Shown here: piece by piece, positions 54,728 through 64,000 of the stretch
Layout of the letters: every line of letters begins with the position of its first letter
Position numbering within the stretch: position 1 is the stretch's first letter
Assembly (NCBI GenBank): GCA_040954595.2
Contig: CM082578.2
Location: 9,223,519-9,287,518 of the forward strand
DNA: 64,000 nucleotides
Direction of reading: 5' to 3'
Source of the DNA: Balanoglossus misakiensis
Taxonomy: Eukaryota > Animalia > Hemichordata
Program-made: the position numbers and the translations under genes
The notes under the pieces: generated by a model
Told to the model about the DNA's origin: nothing
The model's input: only the letters and a program-made list of their open reading frames with translations
Database searches by the model: none

Positions 54728-57159
54728 GCGATCAGCTTCAAGTGCAAGTGTTGTCACTGAAATATCCCTGTATGAAGACTGTAATTACACGGTTACGTAC
54801 GGACAGACCCTACTCACTTCGACTCCGGCGAAATTCGGGCAGCGTATCTCTGCCTATCACCTCAGCAGTGATTGATGATTACATGGCATGGCACCGCGTG
54901 ATGGCTTTTTCCACATGCATCGATAGTATTAGTGAGTTTGATTCATAGCATATTTCTAGTTATAAGTTCTGCCAGAATGAAAAGGGTCGTTTTGAAACAC
55001 AAGTAAGATTCTAAACCTGTGAGTGTCTCACGACACTGTTAAAGACGTTCCCGATCACTTATCAGAGCTTCCCGACCTCACTGTCCTTATGGAAAATGCC
55101 GGTTTAACCTTTGACACGGGTCAAGAGTCGAGTTTCTCTTAGCATGCTTAGCTAGTTGTATATTTTACCAAACCCTCTAAGTTAATGATAGTTATCGATC
55201 GAGTATTTGTCCGAAGAGGGCGCCACCTACGGTCAAAAGTCTCGCACCGCCTGTCGCAAGTCTTGGAGACTGTGGGATGGTGCTGATCACTGACGTGGGA
55301 ACTCAAGAGAGTTTTCTTGTACATTTCTTACTAATAGCATAGAGATAGCTTTTCGAGTATAGAGAAGGTGCTATCCATATTAACCGATTTCGCCGGAAGA
55401 CACACATTGCATGAAACGCCATTACAGGATAACCACACTGGGACCCGAGTTCTCATGACGATCTCGCTGACTCTCAGTTTCGTAATACTCCTGTGTTTTC
55501 TCCGGCGTAGTCTAGAGTCTGCTGATCCTATTTCGATGTCGGTTTTCCGCGATTGCAAATCTCCGGACGGTTATCACCAACTGACATTTACGCTAGCAAG
55601 CCTAAACGGGCAAACACTGGAGGATGACTCGTGTAGGTTTGATTCTATCCCTCCAGCATGCGTCCGGCCGCAGCATACAAATCGACAATAAATTTAAAAC
55701 TGTCCAAATACTTTTACCCGAGAATAATTTAGACCGGTTTCTTATAATTTCAAGATAAAGCATCAGATATCACTCTGGATTTTTAGATTAAGACGAACGT
55801 ACACATGTCAGATTTTTAGGATTATACTTGTCCGTGACTGAGGGTGTTTTATTACGGTAGTATTGCGTATTTATTCGATGTGGCTCACAAACCAATTGCA
55901 AGTACGAAATGTGTGGAAAATAAATTTTGCTGCGATAAGGTGGTTTTGAATGAATTGAATGTGTATTTATGTCCTGGTGGTACACGAAGGGAAACAAAGA
56001 TAAACCACAGAATTGTTCAGTGACGTCATCTTCTTGGCTGCCCCACAACCTTTTCTAGATAGTACGTTGCGGAAAATATTTCATGTTTCAAAAGATGTCT
56101 GCGTGATGCACTATGTGTATGAGGACATATGCGTAATTGATAGGTCTGTTGTAATTGCATAGGGACTTAATTATTAAAATGCGATTGATTTGCCTGCAAG
56201 AGAGTCGGTGCGTTGGACGGTGATCCTTTGAACCTCCCGCGTCATCTCGTCTGCTGAAAAGCCCCCGAGAGAACGATGCGCCCGAGACAGTTCTCTTCAA
56301 CGTGATATCGGATATCTTAGAGTTTAAAGATCAGTTTGAGTCAGTGTCATTATCCGGAGTTTATTTTTCGCCGAGTGCTTTGTTCACGATTCTCTAAAAC
56401 TCCATGTTGTAAAATGTGAAAGACAAGCGCAACATCCGGGTACTTTTCGCACCTCTCGGTGTCCGAGTCACGATTTTGTTAGTATGCAAAGCGACTAGAG
56501 ATGTTATGATAAAGCAACAGGGAAATGAAATCGAGAAATCATCTTTTTGTTTAAGTAAAACGAGTTGTCTCGAGACCTTTTCTGGAAACCTTGAGATAGA
56601 TTTCAATACGACGACATAGTTAAAGTTACGAGATATCATTTTACATGTACTTATTTTGTACATATCCCTGAGGTCGTATTTTTTAAAGAAGTAGGCAATC
56701 GAACGCTCTGCGTCCTTTATATCATTCAAGCTTATGGGTACCGAAGGGTGTGTTATTCATGGTCGGGGAACGGTCGATATCAATGGTCGAACTTCAGCAA
56801 CCACGATAGCAAACGTTATGTTAGCAACCCTTAGTAAAAATGCAGACAGAAGCATTTAATATTTACTGTCTGTGGGTTAAGGGGTGTATCTACTTTAATG
56901 CAGAGCGTTTGGTGTGTGACGACTGCTATTGTCCTGGCCTGCCAGGTTTGTGCGTGTGACCGTATGGCTTATGTAAACGAAATGCTATTTGGAAGCCAGG
57001 GCGTAGCATCATATAGAACGGATAGTATACATGTATTTTAACCGTGAAATCAGACCCGTCGTACTCACCTCATACATCAACACTCCGCTATGCCTGCAAA
57101 TGAAATATGAATTGTGCCTTCTATTTTCTTTAAGATCGTAAAGTCGTAGCGATTATGGC

Positions 57160-57382
57160 TGTGATAATATCGCACAGATATAGCCATAGGTTATTAATAT
57201 AAGTTATTTACATAATATTATTTTTTTAATAGTAAGGGTTTGGCTTCTCCGAATATTTTGACCATCCAGCTGTTAAAATCGTTGCGTGGCAAATATCACA
57301 CTGATCTGTGGCCAGGTTATTAATATCAGTTATTTACACAATACTATTTTAAAACAGTAAATGTTTGGTTTTTCTAAATACT
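57160..57382 (+). repeat. Two-copy degenerate tandem repeat (~125 bp unit)
   Basis: AATATC.CAC.GAT..AGGTTATTAATAT.AGTTATTTACA.AATA.TATTTT..AGTAA..GTTTGG repeated. Confidence 0.7.
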
Positions 57383-58359
57383 GTAACTGTCTGTCTGTCT
57401 TTTTACTATACCAGTCTGACAGGTGGTTTGCATGTCCAGCTGTGCCATATTACGGTGTGTATCATTCGTTTCAAAATTATTTCAGATACGTGTATCTGTG
57501 GCTTACGTCAAAACAAGATCAAGGACTACTCATAAAAATTATATCCCCATGAAAAAAAAACATGATTTCTTCTCCATTAAAAAAATATGAAAGGCAGCCG
57601 GCAACAAACCACCCAACCTGGTAGCTCAGATACTAGGCTAATTATATATTTCATGGTATTTTATGTACATGTATTGTTGAGTACAGCGAACCCATCCTCT
57701 TTTTATTCTGTGTTGTTTGGCTGGATCGAAGCTTCAATAAAAAAAAACCCGGAGTGTATTCAATTATGGCTCCTGTAGAGAACTTAGTGGAGATTTTCGA
57801 TAGCTGACACGAAACAGCTGCAGTAATGCATCACTTTTCAGCATGTCTGCAAATTAACCTTTTTTGCCCTAAAACTACGCATAATACGTCTTGGTAATAA
57901 ATTCTTGTGTCGCGTTTCTGTTCAATATTAATGGCACTTGCAGATAGCAAAATCCAACCACGCGGAGGTAGTCAGTTTCACACTGTCTTATTCACTAATA
58001 TGTTAAGCGTTTCTTTAAAAATAACATCATAAGAAACGGGGCGTGAATTCATGAGTGGACGCCCTCTGACGATGCGTCGGCGAAACGGAGAGGAGTTTGA
58101 AACACCAAGTCGGCAGTTCGTTCAAATGAACGTCGTTTATATTGCCTGGGCTGCACCCTTCAGAGTGTAGGCGTGTGAGTTTGTGTGATGCATCAAACAC
58201 CTCAGGTTTTTATACAGTATGTCTAATGCTCTGGATAGATCGCGTCTGACGTCGACTTGCGTACTTGTAGATGCGTTTTGCCTGGGAAGGTACCCGAGTT
58301 AGCTTGTTATTCGGCCGGGACGACGGGAACACGCGCCGGCGGATTGCGTTCTGCCGCAT

Positions 58360-59559
58360 ATGATTGTCCAAGCTGTCGAAATGGAACTGCTCAATGCGTC
58401 AGTATTTTACTACGACGTCGAGTATGGCAATTTCTCGACGATTGACAACGCCAGCGCTGTCTCGCCAAGCGTGCCCGACTGCTGGGGAAATTTTCACTTT
58501 CAGTGGATACTTGCGATCTTCATCACAGGTGTGGGAATGCTAGCCAATATTGCCTTCATGTTCGTCGTTGCTCGAATCAAGTCCATGCGTACTCTGACCA
58601 ACATGTACCTGGTCAATCTGGCCGTAGCCGACACCTTCTCGCTGTTCATCAGCTTTTCGAGTGTGGTCTGCTCGCTGATCGACCCCGTCAACTGCATCAC
58701 TCTCAGCACGGGTCCCAAAGAGATGAAGTGCGCGCTGTCTTTTGTCTCCCACGTCACCGTGTTCACGTCCATGTTCACCATCACCGTCGTCGGCATCGAG
58801 CGCCACATCGCCGTGTGTCGCCCGCTCTCCGCGGCGTCACGGAACATGTTCTCCGACAAGTGCCGCTCCGTCCAGGTGATCATGGCGGTGTGGATCATCG
58901 GCGGCCTGTGCGCCGTGCCCGTCGCCCTGAACGTGTGCACCCGACCCTCCGGTGCCATCAACACGGCCATGTACTCGATGTACGTGGGGGTGTACGCCAT
59001 CAACATCACGTCCGTCGTTGTGCTCTACGCGATCATCGCCCGGAGAATGGGAGCGCTGGCTCGCCACATCGCCGGCGCCCGCGAAACGCCGACCGACGAG
59101 AAGCAGGTCATCCGGCTGTGCATCGCCACGGCCATCGTGTTCTTCGTGTGCCTTCTCCCGCGGGCGGTGTTCAACCTGTTCAGTCTCCTGGAGAGCCAAC
59201 ACCAGCTGGATTTCCAGATAACTAACGAGTTCAGAAGTTGTCTGCATAACTATTCGGTGCTCTTCCTCCTCATAAACTGTTCTCTCAACCCGCTCATTTA
59301 CAACGTCACCAGTTCGCGCTACCGGCGGGCTTTCCGAGACGCCTTCTGCCAGGGTTGCTGCTCGGTGGTCGCACCCTTTCAGGACGCCCGCCGCAAGTCC
59401 AACAATTTGATGATGAGTAATTACAAGCACAGGCGCACTGTCAACAATTATACCGCCGTCTCTACCAGTTTGAACTCCAACTCTGGGATCGAACACGCAA
59501 AGCTGATGGACCCAGCAACTGACAAATTGATTGTGGCGAGCAAGGAGACCTCGCTCTAG
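58360..59559 (+). CDS. Class A GPCR, peptide-receptor-like (TRH/GHS/neuromedin U receptor-like), 399 aa, intronless CDS
   Basis: SMRTLTNMYLVNLAVAD, ERH at end of TM3 followed by AVCRP, FFVCLLP in TM6, NCSLNPLIYN and SSRYRRAF; N-glycosylation sequons in N-terminus. Start may be the second ATG (58381). Confidence 0.92.
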   Translation: MIVQAVEMELLNASVFYYDVEYGNFSTIDNASAVSPSVPDCWGNFHFQWILAIFITGVGMLANIAFMFVVARIKSMRTLTNMYLVNLAVADTFSLFISFSSVVCSLIDPVNCITLSTGPKEMKCALSFVSHVTVFTSMFTITVVGIERHIAVCRPLSAASRNMFSDKCRSVQVIMAVWIIGGLCAVPVALNVCTRPSGAINTAMYSMYVGVYAINITSVVVLYAIIARRMGALARHIAGARETPTDEKQVIRLCIATAIVFFVCLLPRAVFNLFSLLESQHQLDFQITNEFRSCLHNYSVLFLLINCSLNPLIYNVTSSRYRRAFRDAFCQGCCSVVAPFQDARRKSNNLMMSNYKHRRTVNNYTAVSTSLNSNSGIEHAKLMDPATDKLIVASKETSL

Positions 59560-60220
59560 TTCATGCATAGTAAATCGTTAATTAGTCTTGATTAGCCGAA
59601 TCCTGCCTCCACAAACGTTCGTCACTCGAGTACATTTAATGTAAATATGCACGGAAATATTTGATTGGACCGCTTATCACCCCCTCCCCGGCTAAACTGT
59701 CGCGTGAAAGTTGCTAGCTTTTGTGTTCATATTTTCATATAGTACATGTGCGTGTGAATTCGAAACTCCATCAAACTTCAGTTCAATGCGTCATCAATCT
59801 CTAATGAATGAAACGTCATTTTGACAAACGCGCTTTGATCGATTGAAACTGATTTTTTGTTATGGGGAAAGAGGGAGTGCGTATACTGTTATGTCACCAT
59901 TCCAAACGTTTCAGAAACTGTAAAACAGAATGATACGTGAAGGCTTTACAATATATCGCACGCGCCCCCAAAGAGTATATATATGTTATGCATATCATGC
60001 TTCAATTAAAACAACTTTTGGTATCGAACATCAGTGTCTGTACATGTCTTTGCGTTTGCTCGTTAAGGGACATGACTACCAAACGTTAGGAAGATAATCG
60101 GTTTTCAAAAAAAACACCCACAAATCATGGGATAGAAATAAATACTAAAGATAATGTTCTTCTAAAAATACTGTTCTCACCTTATAATTGACTTTGCAGC
60201 ATTTTGACTGTCGTAGTACG

Positions 60221-60496
60221 TCTGTCTGTCATTCTGTCTTTCTGTCTTTCTGTCTGTCTGTCTTCTGTCTTTCTGTCTTTCTGTCTGTCTGTCTTCTGTC
60301 TTTCTGTCTTTCTGTCTTTCTGTATGTATGTATGTATGTATGTATGTATGTATGTATGTATGTATGTATGTATGTATGTATGTATGTATGTATGTATGTA
60401 TGTATGTATGTATGTATGTATGTATGTATGTATGTATGTATGTATGTATGTATGTATGTATGTATGTATGTATGTATGTATGTATGTATGTATATG
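60221..60496. repeat. Compound tetranucleotide microsatellite (TCTG/TCTT)n then (TATG)n
   Basis: Mixed TCTG/TCTT array 60221-60321 abutting a perfect TATG array to ~60492. Confidence 0.99.
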
Positions 60497-63400
60497 TAAT
60501 TCACGTTCTCAGATACAGATCGCCGATTACAGTCAAATTTTGTCCACGTATATACATCACTTGCCTAAGTCGCCTCTCATCGACAGGCCCTGCTCGTTTC
60601 CACCATTAAAAGACAATGTCTGTGGCTCTGTCTCCTATCTTAAAGTGAATTCTCTGATATTCGTCAAAACCATCTGACTAACATGTTCATATAACCCGTT
60701 CCAAAGTAACCCTTGCATGCTTGCTGTGTTTTGTGAACAATCACTCAAATATGACTGTCATTTTAATTCAAACGTGCTCATGTCAGGAGCAATGTCGGAG
60801 AGCGTTTTGAGAGCTTTCACAATTGTCACGAAGTCAATAGCTATCTCTGATTTTTGCTTACCAATTGGTAGATCGGCACTCAAATGTCAACGATTGCCTC
60901 CCATTGACATTTGTCCCAATTTCAGTCTGCAAAAACAACCATGACATTGCGCAGGATCCTACCTACTCATAAATATTGCAGTCTGCACGAATTCCAGGAA
61001 AATGCTACCTACGCATTGTCAACGCACGACTGTCGTTTTCCCCCTAAATACCCTCAAACGAGAAAGTGATTTACTGATCTGCTCGAATTGGTCCGAAAGT
61101 CTTGAAAATAGCGATTCACATAGTCGGTTAACTCTTTCTTATTAGGACAAAAGCTCATTTTATGCACGTAGCCTACTCTATACAACGTGCGCACAGACCG
61201 CGTCAAAGCTTCAGTTCAGACTAAAGGGGAAAAGGTCATGATATGTAAATGTTTCGATGACATAATATGGCATAATATATGGTACTTGTTACATATACCA
61301 GTAAAAGTAAGGTGAGACTGGAGCCATATTTAGTCATGTCTAGACAGTCAACACACACGGTTCAGTGAACAGTACATATACAACGAGCACATCTGGGGCA
61401 ATACCGGGTCCATGCCCTAATTGTTCACTTTTCTGAGGAGTAAAGAAACTGACCAATGAAAAACAATCTTACATGACCGTAGCACCTTCCCCGACATAAG
61501 CCTCCGCGCGAAACAAAAAAAAGAGAGAGAGCCGCTTCCTTTAAATCCAGTGACCTTCTGTCTGCAGACGAACTCCGGGTTTACCATATAAGGGATTAAT
61601 AGGAAAAATTAGCTCCATTAGTTGTTACTTCTGATCATGCTACCAATTACCTGCAGATGCAATACGTTTCTGCACAAATTCTTCCAGCATGACAAAATAC
61701 TAGTAGCTAATACATGTATACGTATATCTTACCAATTGAACACAGCCAGCCCATATGTTTAGTGCCAGCATTATGTCTGAAACATCCGGATTATTTACTT
61801 GACAAGTATAGTACTGTACCTGAAACTGTTGTAGGAAATAGAACAAGAACATGTAAGTTAATACACAGTATCAAATACTGAAAAATAGCAACAATCGATA
61901 GCTGACGTCACTTTTAGATGTTATATATACCCGGTCAGCTTCACAGAACGGATTTTCGTTGGTAATCATGCACAGGGTATTATATGTTAATTTATTATTT
62001 AACCATTCTCCATCCTTAAAAAGTTGCCATTGAGCTGTGAAGAAAACGCCATTTTCATGCTAAATAATTGAAACCTCGACATCTTACATCCCTAAACAGT
62101 GGCTAATGTATATTTTATTGCACGTTAACATTTTAAGCAAACACACTTAGTACCTTAGCCCGCGTAGGCGATAACTGCTGCCGTTGTCTGTTTCAAAATA
62201 ACTGGCAATAAATATCAAGGAACATCTACATATAAACTGTTAGGAGACTAAATTGTCATGGCTTATGCAGAAAGTTTACTGGCGACCCGTCATTTATATA
62301 CACACAGCATATAGTCAACTCAATCACTATCGGACACAGCCCAGGCGAAACTCATTCCAAAAACAACTCGTCTCGCTCTCTAACTCGATCAACGCGGAGT
62401 AATTGCATCGCGTCTTATAATCTCAAACACGGCCATTATATACATTTACCTGCAAATCGTTGTGACTAACTTTCCCTGGTCGCGTATTTGGTGTAAATAA
62501 GGTATTGTGCATTGGCGCTGAGCCCAAACTTTCCCCATTAGTTTCCAAGTCACGTATACTTGTGGCTATCATATATACTAGGACTGTTTGATCTAATGAG
62601 ATCATCGACGTGTCTATGTGTTTCATTAAAACAACACTATTTTTACGACCATGTTTGTGAAGAGACTTCATTAGTTCGGCTTCATACAAAGTGCGGGGCA
62701 CAAGTTGCACCCATAGAAATGTCTGCAGTTTGCCCTATAGTCCCATTCCAACCATGTTTTCGGACTATACTATACATGCTCCTGTTGATTCGCAAAGAAT
62801 GTAATAACTGCTTTGAATTCCTCGATATCCACGTTAACCCCACATAAACTTTGAGACAACAGCGCACAGCTACTGTGACACGCTCTTTAAAACGATATTT
62901 GTGAATATAAGGAATTCAATTTGGATGAGATAATATCTTCTCGTCATGCGCTTTGCCAATTTAACAAAAACTGATGAATGAATCTGAAATGTTTCCTCTT
63001 CAGAGAAGGTTGACGTGCAGAGAGTGTGTGGTGTCGTGGTATACTCTCGTCTGAATTAATTTCTAGTCCGTTCATCAAACACTGGATGTGTTACCGGTAG
63101 CAGACAAATTAAAGATGGGGGTTATCGGAAACCGTGTTTCCAGGTACAGAAACATGCGTATCATGTAATACATCTCTGCTGGCATTCATCACGCAAAGAA
63201 GGGTTTTCAAAAGCAGATGTCGCGGGGTGACCGCACATGAAGGGCGAGGACGTGGAATGTGTGATTAAAACGGAAGGTCGCGGGCAATCACAAAGTATTC
63301 GTGCTGTTCAGTAGAAATTATCGCAGCTCGCCGTTCGTATGTATGTGCAGTAATTTTGTTTAGCTGTTATCATTTGCTGCAAACAGAGATAAGATTCGCG

Positions 63401-63595
63401 CTTTTAGATAGTAGACCCACGTGCCCCGGGCCTGAAAAATTATAGTCCTCCAAACCTTTCGAATATTTGCCATAATAAAGTACGTGTGGAGTGTTTTTGA
63501 AATCGAAGAGGAAAAAATGGTGTCCACTGTCTTGTATAAGATGTCATAAAAATCACTATTTTTAGTTTTCTCCATAGAGTTTTAACACAGGGATT

Positions 63596-63730
63596 GGCGG
63601 CCATTTTGAATATCACATTTGAGCCAAATTTTCTCTCTCATGCAATATTTTCGTAAGCGTCCTCAATATTTGTTTTCAATTTTAAAAGTAGAGAATAATC
63701 TAAAGTTGCCTTGAGCAAAATATGAGATGT
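63596..63730 (-). repeat. Inverted copy of the interspersed repeat at 14223-14362
   Basis: GGCGGCCATTTTGAAT..AAATTTTCTCTCTCAT..TCTAAAGTTGCCTTGAGCAAAATATGAGATG. Confidence 0.7.
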
Positions 63731-64000
63731 TGATTTTCCTGGCGTATACTAGTACAATCTTACGACGACAGTGCAAGGCAATTTCTGATGTCGATGTACA
63801 ATCACAAGCCGCGTATATAGCTATAGGGCGATTCAAAATGACTTCTTCGCTTGATCTCTGCTATCTTTCATATATTCCCTTGTTGCAGCGGATCGAGGGA
63901 GTTGAACAATGTATTTTGATTTATTATTGCAATTTGCACATCGTACACACAATGTTCGTGTTGTTTCCAGCGTATTTTAGGTGATTTCAGAAGACAGACC

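Noticed and set aside
58500-59568. Alternative-frame and antisense ORFs on the second GPCR
   Set aside because: Same GC3 shadow-ORF effect.
60188-60677. MYVC/YIHT repeat ORFs
   Set aside because: Translations of the (TATG)n microsatellite.

Overview
Eukaryotic (marine invertebrate, probably a deuterostome such as a hemichordate; inferred from gene content and intron style, not provable here) genomic window with spliceosomal introns. It holds two intronless-CDS class A GPCRs (melatonin-receptor-like at 2.5-3.6 kb, peptide-receptor-like at 58.4-59.6 kb), decayed GPCR fragments at 8-12 kb, a complete 12-exon ZMYND10, a tandem pair of CHST11-like carbohydrate sulfotransferases, a YJR142W-type Nudix hydrolase head-to-head with a divergent SNX5/6-like sorting nexin, and a very compact IMMP2L, plus MITEs and two long microsatellites. 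The standout is an apparently intact 4.1-kb IS630/Tc1/mariner DNA transposon (DD37E transposase, ~330-350 bp TIRs, TA target duplication) in a sorting-nexin intron that carries a second, uncharacterised ~527-555 aa ORF with a PB1/ubiquitin-like N-terminus, a Cys/His zinc-binding cluster set between two coiled coils and a Pro/Tyr-rich tail. All exon models were built by eye from GT/AG signals and frame continuity; no database searches were run.
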